64,000 nucleotides of DNA from Phoronis australis (Eukaryota > Animalia > Phoronida). Position 1 is the first letter of the stretch. The number at the start of each line of letters is the position of its first letter. Made by a program: the position numbers and the translations under genes. The stretch lies in the NCBI GenBank assembly GCA_002633005.1, contig NMRA01000791.1, positions 1 through 64,000 on the forward strand, read 5' to 3'. Under the pieces are notes generated by a model. The model was not told where the DNA came from, made no database searches, and saw only the letters and a list, made by a program, of their open reading frames with translations. Positions 40,201 to 55,200 of this stretch are shown in pieces.

Positions 40201-43200
40201 GCATAGACAGTATTAACTCCGTTACCAATAGTTCGTCCCACGAAATGAAAACATAGAGTCGAAGATGCAAGTGAGATAAAGGTTCGTCGACTCAACTCGA
40301 ACCAAGACCCTGGACTGACTTTCCAGTGACGCGATCATTCCTTCTATGGGGTCTTCCACTTTTACTACACTTAAGTTCACACCAGATGGCGAGGACTAGT
40401 CCGTGTGTTACAGTGTTTGTAATAAATAGTGTACATCCGAAGTTACGTTTTGTTTTTCTGTGTTCTAAAAGGTGGCCACGTTTTTTATTTTTAGTAAACA
40501 TTGATGTCTGTATACTTTAAGGTGGTTGTTCCATCAGAAGCTGTGAAAATGAAGGATTTGTGACGAAACAGTGTAGGTGCAAGTGTCCGCCGTTTGTCGG
40601 AGGATTAAGATGTGAACGTGTGACTACAGGTTGGTACACTGAGAACAAGTGCTATAAAGTATATTTGGCAGCTCTGAGGCCAGGGTATAATCGCCAGATT
40701 CAAACTTAATTTTTGTCATACTTAGTACGAGCTAAACATGAATATCTATAATTGTGTGCTTTAGAATATCAAGTTCAGGCAGACTTAGTGTTTAATCCAA
40801 ATTTGCACATGTTTACCCAAAACATTAAAGCTATAAGTTCGAGTCTCAATTCGAAAATAAACTCGAGTTCGCAGCTGGAGTTTAAAGGTAATCCAGTTCT
40901 ATATTCTGATCACACCATACTCGTAAACAATCCTCTTTAGTTCAGAACTGTCGAAATAGCTTGGAGTTTGAGCTCGGAGATCTATAATTACACTTCAAAC
41001 GTTATTTCTTTTAGAAAGAGCATGGTCCTTTATTTTCGGTTAAATTCTGCATGAGTTTGGCTTCATTACACCAATCGAAATTAACGTAACTGCAAATGTA
41101 ACGTAAAACGTAAATAGAAAATCAAATAATCACACACAAATGAGAGTGTTTCTATACTTTAGTTTGATTACTTGAATGAAATTCGGACAACACTCCAAAA
41201 TTCAAACCACTGAGATGCAATTTCTGCCCATGCCAGATCTCCTTAGATAAGAGACATAATATCGTTTTATTCCCCAATCGTATAACTTTCGAAAACACCT
41301 TTGCGAAACGAATCTTCAAACGAGGAAATTCTTGCTCAGAGCCTGTACTTGCGGCAACCACCGTGGATAGAGTTTCATTTTCACTTTTGTTGTTTTAAAA
41401 TTACTAGAATAATGACAATTTACCATTTTGTACTGCCCCGGCAGTCGTCACTCTTTGTTAAATTTCGGGTATTAAACGGGTAAATGCACTCGGGCGACGC
41501 TGGGCTTACACATATGATTAAGTTCCAAGTCAACCGTTAGCGACGCTTCCTATGATATGCACTACATGTATGCGTTCTGGATGCAGCTTCAAGGTTGGAA
41601 GACTGGTCAAATATTCCACTCCATAACATTAGTGAAGAGCCAAAGTGAGTTTTTCATAGCTAGAAAACTTATCAAAGATGTTTTGACGGGATTTGCCATG
41701 TTGCTATCAATTCACTAAATGTCGTTCCAAAGTTGAATATTTCGGAGCAAACGGTTTTGTTTTGCTTCCGAAACGTTGCGTCTCGTGACGATTAGCAAAG
41801 AGAGGAACATGGGAAAACACCAGTTGTTCATATCTTCACACGCGTTGAGGTACTGAGTGTGCTTAAGCTAATTTTGGAAAAGTCTCTCCCTATTGTCTTA
41901 CAAAATAATCTGACAAACGCGTACAGAACTACATGTAGCCAGTTACTAGTAAAAACAAAAAGTGAAACAAAACAAGAACGGAAACATGTATCATACTGTA
42001 GATTGCAATTGCATTTTTCATTCACCATTAGACAAAAATTATGAATACAAAATATAGCAGAGACACAAAAATTACGACACTTGAGCTTAGTTTGTTTGAA
42101 CTCCTTGGGGAGAAGGCCCAGCCGAAAGAAAGTATAGTCAGATGAGTCCTTGTATTAAGATTCGCTCAATAACCTCATCTGACAGCAACCATTTTGCAAT
42201 TCAGTCATTTTTTCAATTCGAAATGTTCGTTCATCTTAATCACGCTGAGTAAGCCTAATAACTCAAGGTAACGCTTCTAAAGTCTAATTTAACATATAAA
42301 AACGAAACACACACATTTCTACAGGCATGCCAGAGTTCACAAAAGGTCTATTTTATGCATGTATCCCTTTTTGTGTCACATGACGTCGTATGGAGTTAGC
42401 AAGCTATTGTTTAACTTGCGAGATCCTTGCGACGCTATCAATGTTGTCCTTTGTTGAGTCTTTGTTGGAAAAAGCAATGCAGGTCGCACGAATATCGTAC
42501 CTTGGGCGTACATCGGCCGGTTACCGATAAATGCTTACCATTATCTTTATTATAAGAAAACAAAGTGAAAAATGGATACGCCTATTTACCGATATCTATG
42601 CGACGAGCTTGCGACTTAGTTTCCCTTGGGAATCGTTTGACGACTGCACTGCAGTGGGAGTTCCTTATTGAAAGCACATAACTTCACCCTTTGTATCTGG
42701 GCAAAGAAAATATGACCGACGAAAACATTCCGTGTGTATCGCGTGTTCTCAGAGGTGATCACTCAGACTTGATTTCACAAAAAATGGTTGATTCCAATTC
42801 CCATATTATATAATGTTCTCAGACATCTCTTGGTCCCGGGCGCAGATTTCTGAAATTGATGTCATCAATGTGGTTGAATCTTAACTCTTACCATACGTGT
42901 TTATGTTTTTTAAACTGTTTGACTGTTTGGAATTGAAACTAGACAAGATTTACCCATTTGAAAAAGATTTTATATTTTCTAGTCGTCTATGTAAATCACG
43001 CAAAATGCAAGGTCAATCCAGATTTCTCCATGTACCAAATGATCCGAAACACCACAAGTATTTTTAATCTCAAACTTCCCTTAATGTCTGGAAATGTGAG
43101 GCTACGAAGAGTTCCGAAAGCCATTAGAAGTGAATCACCTAATCGCACCGCTTTTCTCGCGATCGTTGTATGCCTACAGTACGCGTCCATGTTGGCTTGG

Positions 43201-46200
43201 CGTTGACATTTGCCGTGCCTCTCTTGTCACATGAGGTCCCTGTAAATGAACTCACAACGTCGTTAGCCTGACCAGAAGCTCTTTTTAGTGGTGAGCAATA
43301 GTTAATGAAAGACGATGAATGAATAGTTATACGCATGTTGTCAACGGCGTTCAAGGTGAGGTCACTGGCATTTGAATGGCGATGTTTTAGATTTTTTCGG
43401 CGACACCGGTTAAATGTTTCTGCGGTTATTGTTAGAAAATGCAAGGTTTCGTGGGTTCGTGACTTCTTTGTATTAATTACCATATATAACATGCAGCATA
43501 CTGGTGACGAGGAATTCTGAACAGGGACCCATAACACTTTGCACCCACAGGTGTTTGTGAAGGCAAGAGAACTACATGTAGCGCTAATGCAACCCAGTCA
43601 TCCCCGCAGCTTACAATGTCGCCTATTAGACTGCCAAAACCCAGCGCTATGTCCATTTTATGGTAAATCTTACACGAGTGGAAAGTTCTAAAAGTTTGAA
43701 ATATTTTCGTAGGATGTGGTACGGTAGTAAATGTTCGAGACAATGTTGTCATCAAGTCACCGGGATATGACCGAGGCTCCTATCAAAACGGACTCAAGTG
43801 TGCATGGGTTGTGAAAGTAAGCTAAGTACTTACCTTTAATCTTATTTCTTATAAATGTGTTATATTTATAGTGTGGGTTTTCATCAGAAACTGAATTCTT
43901 ATTAATAAGAAGTCCAGGAAGTCCTTTTCGAGCACATAGGGGGAATTGTGCCTCATGATAAACGGTCTGTTACAATGAAATGCCATCGCGAGAAAATGAA
44001 GGACCGCTGACAAGCATTTGGTATTCATTTCACATGTATTTGTAACAGAAGCATGTTTTCCAGAGCCCACCAAAGACTATAATGAAGTTGGAGTTTCTCG
44101 ACTTTAACGTAGAGGACGATCTTGCAAATTCTCTTTGCAAAGATAGCTTGGAAGTGCGACACCTTGGTATGGGAATGTCGGGATTAAGGTAAAGCAAAAG
44201 GAGAGGATTGGTGTCACCCACCCAAGAAGTTATTAGGTGTTTGCAAATGAGTTATGGCAGAAAGCCTGTGTGTTTGTTACAATAAAAATAGTTCGAAGGA
44301 ATCAATCCCAATGGATGGTTTCGGTTGGTATCTACTGTACGAGACACAGGTAATCACACAAAATACATGGACCATTTTCCCGTCAAGAAGGCTAATTCTG
44401 TCAACTGCAAACATTACAATTCATCTTTGATCAAATACAGACCATTTGTTTGAGATGATAGGTCTATTTTGTATCTGAGACAGATAGTAGCTTAAACATT
44501 TTTGTCGAAACCAAACTAAATTCCGTTGTCAAGTAAAAGTAAATAAAGTTGAATCGATATGACATATTTATGCATAATGTTAGCTTTGAAAAATTAAGCG
44601 TGGGTGTTGACCGTAGGTCTTCTTTTCAGAGGGTCCTTTAGGTAGTCATTAAATTGAAATGTTCGCTCTTCCGCGGTTTCTGTTCTCCAAGTCCGTATGT
44701 CTTGTAGTCCGAAGATGCCGTTGCAAGCTCTCAAGAAACATTCCGCGGACCAAAGCGTTTTGGGACCATTAATTTTGTTAGTACATTCTGTGGGTATAAA
44801 AGGTTTCGTGAAATCTGCAGATTGCTTGCGCAATCCGGCGGGATTTTTTATTAATAGCGGCAGTGCATTTTCTGCTAGTTGCATAAAGGTTTTGTCTGCC
44901 ATGAATTTGGATTTTTAACGAATGTTTGTAAGGTCGACAAGTCAGTAAGTTTTATGTCACACAGATATACTTTATTTTGATCAACAAATGTTAGATGCCA
45001 CACATTTCTTCCACTGCAGGTTGTGTGGGGACCAAATGCGTCGCAAATTTGAGACTCGTTACAACAGTCTGTTGTTGATTTTCCGGTCGAACAGTAACAA
45101 TGGACGCAAAGGTTTTAAACTCAAGGTTAAAGTTGAGTCCGAGACCGGTAAGTAGCACAGAATCCTTTGAACATATAAATTAAACAAAACACAATATGCT
45201 ATGCTCATGAGTGTGCAGGGTTCAAAGTCTGAATGAAGCAACGCCGGTAGACACACACTCAACATGCGAATCTGACTATAACCGACAGCGCTGCGCTCGC
45301 CGACATAAAGGCCCAAGCAAGTATACAAGATGGTGGATAGATGACTTTTAAAGGTTCCTGTTACCGTCTTACTTTATTGCGGCAGCATGAAAAAACTCAA
45401 ACTCGCATACTACAAAAGATCCAAACGTCGACTTTAGGTCGTCACGAGCATACTGTACGTTTGAAGTTAAATCCTAGCGTCATTTTAGTTATTCGTGTTA
45501 GTGATTAATAGCAAAACAAATGGAATTTTGCAACTGTTTTCATTCATCTAGCATAGTGAGTTATTTAATTGACTTCACCAGTTCAGCAATCTCAACAGGC
45601 TCAGACATGGGAGTAGCCTGTAGTCCGGAAGTCGTCATCTAGAACCAATCTGCCTCCCGTTCAGTATCGCTAGGACCTCGCTAAAAAGCAAGACTTTGCG
45701 AGATTACGTGAGATATTGCCGTGCATTTTAAATGAGAACACGTGACTTTGACTAGGTTTTAGCTAGGTCCTAGCGTAGGTCCTAGCGTCTACTGAACGCG
45801 GCGCCTAGTCTATTAACCGATTGACCCGGCGGAACCGGCGAAGTCAATCAAGTGTACCCAATGTATGATCTCCAGTTCAAGTCACGCACTTATTTTTACT
45901 ACTTAAATGTCACTAAAACTAAAAACATGACGAATTAACCTCGCGCTGATGCAGGTACATGTACGTACAGTACGAGCCATTTTCATTGGCTTAAGCTCAA
46001 TACTACGTAAGGATAACTCATGTGAACAAATTTTGTCTTAGAAGCAGCAGACTAACCGAGTACGGTTTTCAAATAAAAACGGTGCAGGCAAAGTGGTAAA
46101 GGGTTCAGTTTGTCCAATCCAAATTACTACTACCATATGCATGCATTTTTTCATTGTCGATGTTACATAACTAAGGAATATTGCTGTTCACAGCACATCT

Positions 46201-49200
46201 TTAAGTCAAAAAATCATTATGACGCACTTTTCTGTAATTCTACACATTTTAAAAAACATGTCACAACTTTTCACTCATCAATTATCAGATGAATCCTCGT
46301 CAAAAACAAAATAACCCTCTACCACCTCCTACGAGGATCTGTAAGACTCAAGTGAAAATCTTAGTTTCATGACAAAGCTTTTACACTTCGCAGTACAATG
46401 TGTAAAATGCATAGGATCACTTTGAGTGCAGTAATTACTTATATCTTGGAAACAATGCATTGTTTTCAATTATTTTCTGACGAGTGCCAGTTCACTAGAT
46501 TCGAGCCTGTGTGACGATGTCATATTTTCCATCATCTCATTGATCCTGCATCCTTGCATGTTTCAGATTGTCGATCCAATCCTTGTCAAAATGGAGGCGA
46601 ATGCAAAACCAACGAAATTGGTATGGCTTACTGTAAGTGTGGCAAGAGAATGTCGGGTCGTTGGTGCGAAAGAGGTAGGTTGTTGCTAGGAGAGTTAGTT
46701 AACACTTCTGCTTGCGCCAACGAAAGCTTCGTGCCCACACGTCGGTCGCAGTAACTTCCACAGACCACTTGGATGCTCACAAGCTCAGAAGAAAATTGGG
46801 ACAGAATATCCCTCTTGTTGCATGATCTAGCATCAGTTTTAAAGCTATGCACGTGGAAAATCAGCGTGAAATTAAAAAAATAAAAAACTATATCCAGGCA
46901 ATTTCATTGTAACACAATCCTCTTATTCATTTTGTACATCACTTGTTGGGTTCAGAGCAAGTTAAATATATAAAAAATGTGTATACAGCTTTGCTGCCGT
47001 GGTGCTTTACAATCAACAACGCTATTAATCGAAACTAACGAACGGATACTCGAGGGAATGCCGCATGATTGACGTCTGTTGTAATGCATGTAAGAAAAAA
47101 TATACCTGGGCGTACTGCTAGAAGTGTGGAAGGATCTAATCCAACCTGACAAAGTACTCCTATCATCAACGATAATATACATGTCTTTAACTAGATTCAT
47201 CTGGACGTCCGATATACAGTATGAGTAAACATTCCATGCTTTGCATCCACAGATCAATTGAAACAATTACCAGAAATTATCGTCTTCTTAGATATCATGC
47301 CTGAAGCCTTCATCAGTCTGATGTCGTGCCGCTAGATGTCTCTAGGTGTAATACAGGGTTGTACATACGGCTGAGTCTGTAAGCACCATCGTCTCTGTTC
47401 ACAGGAATACACTGCTGTAAAATGCAGACGGCTTATTCCTGCATAATCATTAGGTTCTGTGTCGACAAAAAGTGGCACCAGACCAATATATTACATGATT
47501 TAGCTGAACAGCTTGATTTGTGACTGTAGATTTGTGGAACTTGTTTAAGAATTCTTTTTTGGAGCTCTTGTAAATGACTTTTTCATAAATGTTTTCTTCG
47601 TCCTGCATCTGTTTCTTTAGTTTGTAGCTACAAATTTTCACTGTCAGTGTCTTGAACATGAAAGAGCTCTTGTAGGAGCCACATAGAATACGGTATACCT
47701 TCCACTGGTGCCTTTCTTAGAACGTCTAAGCTGGATCGGTTCTCGTCTAGTTTAATTGTTGAAACCGGTTTTGTGGCATTCGCGATGTCAAGTTTTCAAA
47801 AAGTGTTCCCGAGGGCCTCTTATATGCCTTCGACATACGTGGTTAGTACTGTTCCTCTGTGCTGGCCTTTACGAGTAGGCTTACGAGGTTCAGAAATAAA
47901 TTTTCTTCCTGGGAGGAGATATCGCCACCGTTGTTAATTGACCTATCGCCAGGATTATGACGGACGGCTTAATTGACCAATCAGAACGCAGCATTCTTGG
48001 CACACCTTCGTCTGCGTTTCCAAGCCGCTTTTTTACCCGACAAACCACACGTAGTCGAGTAAAATTTACTTTAGTCTATAGCTCATGAAATTGTCCGCTA
48101 AGAATGGGGAAACGGTGTTGATATGGCGTGTGTAGCACCGACAGCCGTTATGCTGTTCCAGAATAATATCCCGTTATTTTTGGCATGTCCTAAGTCGAAA
48201 AATGATGTTGAAAAGCGTAAACTATGGATCAAACTGTACGGCCACACGAGCGATGTTGCTTGATAACTCGAAGGCTATAATAAACACAAATATATTAGTT
48301 CCAAGATACGCACTTTTCAGCTTGGTGGCTATATGGTGCAGGGCTATCTCAGATTTTGACTCCCGAGTTTCCTACGTCTGGCAGCCTTTTTCTCGGCACC
48401 TGCTGGATCTCAGCACTCTAGCGGTAGTCCCCGGAAATTGTTGTTTTCAAAGACATTTTTATTTTATGTTTTTTAAAATTTATTTCAACCTAATGGACAT
48501 TATTTTGTTTCGTATCAGAGGTACATTTTTGTTATTCATAAACCGTAGGCTGGCGTGAACTTCTCTCCTGGTCAAAATTCAGAAATTCGATCGGCACAGG
48601 GAAGGGCACTGGATTACTGCCGGAACTCAAAGCCTTGGTGGAGCTGTTGTCACTAAAAATAAACTTTTGAATTACTTTTTGACGTGTACCTCTAGTATGC
48701 ACTATGTCTGTAGAGTTTGAGAGAGCTCATTTTGAAGTTGTTTAAACATGATATTTTGATTTATGAAGCTTTAAAAAAGAATTTGAGTTATTTTTGTAAA
48801 TACCCTATTTTTGCAACTACCACACCAGACTTGTAATCTTTTGTAACCATACGACTTAGTGATCATGCTACCTTCAAAATTAAATGAAAGCTACCTTTAT
48901 GGANCCCCCCCCCCCCCCTTGGCTGCCGCAAGCAAAATGAAACAGCAAGAGCGTGAAGCGTGACGAAATATTGAATTCCGTAACTAGGACTGGTAGCGGA
49001 AGAGGGGGGCTCAGACCCCGGCAGATCGTGGCGGAATTGTGTTCCTGTTTATTAGTCCACCTATAGATTTTCTGAACCGAGGTCCAAAGGTCTACATCCC
49101 TGGCCCCTGCAACTTTCGGGCCGCCTGTGCACAATTGCACCTTGCCCAATTCCACGAGGCATCATATGTTGGGCCCCCCTGTGGTATCCTAGATCCGCCA

Positions 49201-52200
49201 CTGAATTCCAGACATTAATTTGACTTAGACACAGTCCTAAACCGACCGGAGCTAAATGTTTGCCTAGGACGAGATGAGTGTGTACCTGAGCTATGAACCT
49301 GAATTTTTTTATCAAAATATTTCGTTACAAGATTAGAAAAGCGTAAACAGTGCTATGGAGTCGACCTAGTCAGAGACTATAGTGCATGTGTTGTCTGTAA
49401 TCTATGACCTACTTTACTCCAGGAGTCCTACCAGTTCTGACCTACTTTTCATTTGGCGAAATTTAGCAGACGACAGAATATAAATATCGTTGAATCTTAA
49501 CTGATTTTATTCGAAATATCATGAAATCTATGGAATCGTACAGATAATTCGACTTTAAGGTACATACCCAGCTTTACATGAACATATCGTACATGTATCA
49601 GTGGCCTTGTCATTTGTCAGGTGAAGGTGGCCCCGAGGCCGAGGGGTTCTTCGGATTTTCGCTGGCGCCTCGAGCACTTATTTTTTCATCGTCACCTTTA
49701 CAAATTCCCATATCATGAACGTACGATTCTTTGTTGAAAAGCATCGCATCTTGTCTCTGTCGAAGCGTTTTCAAATAGTGCAAAAACACTCATCGATTCC
49801 ACCAGGAACGTCGTTTAGCGACAGTGTATTTGCCTCTGACACCTCGTTCGAGTGTCTTTTCGCATAGGGGCGGAGCTTGCGATAGGTCAATTCGAAAGAC
49901 GAATGGCAAGCTCTCAAGTAGTTCAAACAATTAAACGATACAGTGATCATTGATGCGGTGAATGATAAGATTACCGTGATACTTAATAAATCTGACTATG
50001 AAAGCATGGGCAGCAATATTCTCAGTGACGCTGACACTTTTGAACAGTTAAGGTCTGAGCCTACAGGTACAGTATATCTACAAGCAGAAAACAATTGGTC
50101 ATCTTCAGTTCCTGCAAAAAGGAAATATGACCACTTTGCAATAATACAATTACCTATATCCTACCTCTGTAAGTGTAACCTATTGCTGACACTTTGAAAG
50201 TCGTACAGGACCGTTTGAATAGTGATGATACTCCGAGTCAGGGGACAAACATATAGGAAAGGGATATTATCATACCATAAGGGGGGCAACACGTTGTCTC
50301 AGGGAATCGGGCAAAGCGCGAGTGTGTGTGCAGCGCAGGCCCGAAGTTGCGGGAGCCGGGTATGTGGATATTGTGTTCGGAAAATCTACGGATGGACTAA
50401 AAAAATAAAAAAACGGGTACTCCGCGATCTGGGGCACCCCTTTCTGCGCGTCCTAATTGCTAACTCAATATTTCCTCGCGCTTCACGCTGTTGCTGTTCC
50501 ATTTTTGCTTACGGCAGCCAAGGGGGGGGGGCGGCCTCCGCCCCCCACCCTAAATCCGCCTTTGTAACATGACATATTCTCTGTATGGTGGTTTGCAATT
50601 TATTCGTGAAACACGTAGAACATAAGATCATTACTACAGTCCGATAAAGCTAAGTGTTAAAACATGGAGTACATATGTCCAGGTTGTGTGTGCAAATGTG
50701 CCAAGACGAAAGTCTGTGAAACTAACACGGCACTTGAACAGTTGTGATCCCTCCGACTATCTCATATTCACATATGAGGGGGGTCGAAGAGTTGCTAATG
50801 TACCTCAAAAAACTGTGAGGAATTTTTTAGTATTATTTTAGTTTGTTTTTTATGACAAATTACCCGAAAAATGTAAGGTACTTTTTGTAAAAAATAGCAG
50901 TCGAATTCGTCTTTGTTACATTGCGGAAACCTACTAGGCCTTTATATAAAAATCTTAACAGTCTTTTTCAGATTGCTGAATGAATCATTAAAGCGGTTAG
51001 ATTTTGCACGTGGGGTTTCCTGTATTTCTTGATATATGGGCCAGAAGGTGGACTCAACAGTGTGTAGGTCAATCGTTCATTGTTAACACACCAACCACCG
51101 GAGAGATTGATATCGAGAAACCAAGTACGAAATGGGCAATAGAAATCGAGTATGTGATTAACGCGCACCGTGAGCACGAGCTCGAAACAGCAAAAAGTCA
51201 AATTACGGATCAACTTAATGAATTTTGGGGAGGATAAACAGCTTACTGTGTTAGTGAACACTAAGTCACAGAGGCAGTTCAGCCACTACTCGGAATTGTT
51301 CTCAACCGCGTATGCATGCAGACGCACAACTATATTTTATCTTTTTTCTGCGCATTTTTTTATGCTGTGTACTCCTCGTTGACTAGATTTTAAGCGGCTC
51401 GGTGAATGAAAGGACTGAGGGAAAATACGAAACTGGTCTATGCCTGGCGACGGGATATTCGAATTTGATTGGCAGCCCTGTAACCTGTGACCTCTGATAA
51501 GTAGCAAACAAAAATCTACGCTGTCGTTGGGTTTCAAGGGGGTTCTGCTCCTTACATGATATATGTTTCATATTTGAAGTTTCCCAAAAATGAAGATAAG
51601 GTATTTTACTTGGCATTGGTAAAATATTGTAAAAACGGACGATATTTATGAATAAGGTTTGAGATATCTTTAATGATGAATGTTAGTTTTCGCGTACTTC
51701 TTGTTCAGTAAATGGCAACTGGACCGAGTGGGGAAGTTGGACATCTTGTCAAAGTCGATGTGGTGTCCAAACCAGGTGGCGTCAGTGTACCAATCCGCCT
51801 CCAGGCAATGGCGGACGAGGCTGCTACGGGCCGGATGCCAGCTTCAAACCTTGTGGAACCTGGCCCTGTTCAGGTGATGCAAGTTTGCACTAATTAAAAG
51901 CAATGATGCATGAAACAGTAGAATTTACTCACTGTACCAGCAAGTATCTCGATCTAGTGTTTGGTCACGACACAATACAACTTCCATCCGAAATGCAAAA
52001 TGTCGAACTGGTCAGCTCCAGTTCTTGAACCTGGTCTCTAGTAATAACGGATTGTCTGCTGTTCCCAAGTCCAGAAAGCCTGGATAAGAAGCATGTCAAT
52101 CAATTTTAAATTGTATTCATAAAGAGGGCTAAAACACAAAATATCGATGCACAACATCTATAACTACCTTACAACTAAGTTTTGTAATATTGAAACGCCG

Positions 52201-55200
52201 GGAACGCGACGTACATGTATTTGCCTTTCCTTTTATCGATTGCGAGTTAATGAACGATTTTAACTGACTGATGATTTTTTTAAAGTGGTACAGTGAGGTA
52301 ATCATATGGACAATTACAGTATACGTCTTAGCTGCTTTCATGCCCGGTCTGTTGTATACACGCATGAACTTTTCTTAAAATCGCTGTTACATGTATATGT
52401 ATCTCTCGGGCATAACCGAAGCTGCTACAATTGGTGAATATTAAGTATACAGGTTTTCACGACTTATATCTAAATTACATGGTCATATTCCTGCCAGGTT
52501 CCGCAATTTGCACCTTCGATAAATACGGCACTCACTTTGGAACAACACGTTGTTCATTCAGACAAAGCCAACGGGACAATGGAAACTTTTACGAAGGGTC
52601 GTACTCAAACTTCAATCAGTATAATTCGGATCGCCAGCCCATCGTGGATCACACGTACGGATTTCAGTTCTTGAACAAAAAAACCGGACCAAGACGTTAT
52701 CTGTGGTCAGGCCCTCACAATACACCAGGATCGTGGTCTAACGTGCGCTTAAAACCCAACGACAAAATCAACATTGAAGGATTGATACTCTCTCAGCACA
52801 GCGCCTACTGTGTGCGTTTCTACTACATTATACTAGGTTTGTAGGTTTTAGTTAAACTAGTAGTCCTAATAATTTTACGTTCCATAAGAAAAGCTATTAT
52901 GAGTTTGGAGAAATCTCACAACTTCTTCGCAAGATATCACACTGATTTACAACCGCGAACCTCGTGCCCAAATTTCTGCCGCTCTTTCGAAACAACTTAT
53001 CAGGTACTTTCGTTGAATCAAATTCCTAGCGGAACACCTCGGGTATTTTCTTTGTCCATGTTCCCTGTCCTACGGACAATCATTGTCCACTTTAGACCTG
53101 TGAAGTCCGCACGCGTGAAGACCTTGCTCTCCTCCAAGTGGAAAACTGAGGCTACGAAATTTTTTAATACGTTCCTTAAGTTCATATTCGCTTGGAACAC
53201 ATCAAATATTTTCGTATCTTGGCCTCAGGTTATCCCTTGGAAGTGTTTCATATCTCTGCGTGTGAGAACTTCAATTATCTCAACAAACGAAATTGGTCTT
53301 GAGACGGATTATGCTTCCGAAAACGCTAGTGTTTTAGCCAAGATGTGAACCTCGTACAAGTATAAGTGTCACGACTCGATATTTTTTAAATTTTAGGTCG
53401 CATGGTTGTTGGTATCGACCTTTATTATTCGTCAAACGGACGACGAGGCGATCAGATTTATAACGCTTACCGGAATACGAAATCTTTAGCTGCGGATTGG
53501 AAATGGGAGTTATATGAGCACGAGATTGATCCGAATTCTGAAAATTCAAGGATCCGTTTCCCGCTAGAGGTATGACATAAATGATTATCACGGTCAAGGT
53601 TTTATTCATGCAATCCATGCTAGAGGTATTAAAGAATGTATGCAATTTAATTTTTGTAATTGCTAAAGCCTTATATCATTTTGCTTAGCTTATTGTGTAC
53701 TTCGTCTGTTTATGCAATTCCTTGCTTTGACAAAGCTGCATTTTGCCATGTTTAGGTTTTCATGGATATGTTCAAGTTATTTGTTAAATAAATTGTATCC
53801 AGAGTCATGGTATGTGTATGCGCACATATGCATGATTCATTTGATTTTATTTGCTGTAATTTGAAATGAGTAACATTTTATGGAGATATACTATCGCCTC
53901 TGTATGCTTGCGGCATTCAGGCCTAGCCCGGGTCGAGTTCAGTCCGTTCACAGCTTCACACAACATAACAAGTTCACATTTTCTTCGTCCATTCACAGTT
54001 ATTCCACGATCCGTCCACCATCTTTTAGGTTGTGTTAACGTTTTAAGCGTAAAATTCTCCGTAAGAATTCTAGTAAGACTTAGCGTGTATAGCAAAGACT
54101 CGGGGCAAAACAAGAGCAATATGGCGGGTTTTGCCCTTCTTCCGCTGACGTCACATTGACTAACTGGAAACTCGCAAGTGAGCTATTTCCTTTAGAATTA
54201 CTTGAACAGTGCAAATTATAAATGTCGCACGCGCTGGCAAGTCTTTGTCCCCGTGCGAAGATATGCCATTGAAGAGGGCCGTTCTTGAACCCGTCCTGTT
54301 GGAGAAGCCCAAGGTTTAAAGGAAATGTTAAACCCGATTTTTCGTTTACAATAACGGCTTTCCCATGTTGCTCTCTAAGTAATGATCTTTAACCTCGTCA
54401 ATCCTAAAAATATGTAGCAATTTCTTAAATTCTTGAAAAAAGTATACATTTTGGCAAGCGTGACATGCCAAACGCTTTATTCGAGTTACATGGTACATGT
54501 TACTGTTTGGAAGATCTAAACATCAAAACTTTACAGGACCCATCTGTGTGTGGGCTTACAATCTTTCCCTATAAGGAAAAACTCTGAGCACTGAAAACGC
54601 TGGTTGTCAAAGTCACCTTTACAAAATTTTAGTCACCTGAGGGCATTTCATTCCTGGCTAAATACAGCTTTATACCAAATACATGCGGCTTTGTTTATTT
54701 AGATGGGTGAAGAAACAATCCGTCTAATTTACATTAGTTTTCACAAATTGTGTTTTAGATTGTAATAAGCGGTGTGAAAGGCCAAGGGCGAGGATATGTG
54801 AACATAGACGACATTGTAGTCACTCGAGGAAAATGTCCTAGTAAGCCGGCTCCGCCCACCATTCCTCCAACTACTACCAGACCACCGCCGACAGGTAGGG
54901 TGCAGTAAGACATGAAGAGACATTGTGAAACATAATGCCAAGCAGTCTGTCAGAGATTAAGCTTCAACAGAACTCCTTGCATAAGTACACTTTAGTGTTT
55001 AAAATATCGATGATGGCGTGGAGTGGGGTACTGTAGGAAACTAATGCGCGTCGTGGCACTGCGATCACGTCAGGTACAGGTCGTGCACGACTCACTGACG
55101 AACATTAGCGCCCCGCCCGAAATCCAGAAAAAAGCATTTTCCACTTTCCTGGTCACCTGTATGGGCTGCGAGTAACTTTGTTAGTCGTTTGGTGACTTCC

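Noticed and set aside
50972-51480. Possible additional exons between EGF2 and TSP1 (e.g. ORF 51004-51237)
   Set aside because: No domain motif or good splice-site pair, and EGF2 joins TSP1 in phase without them.
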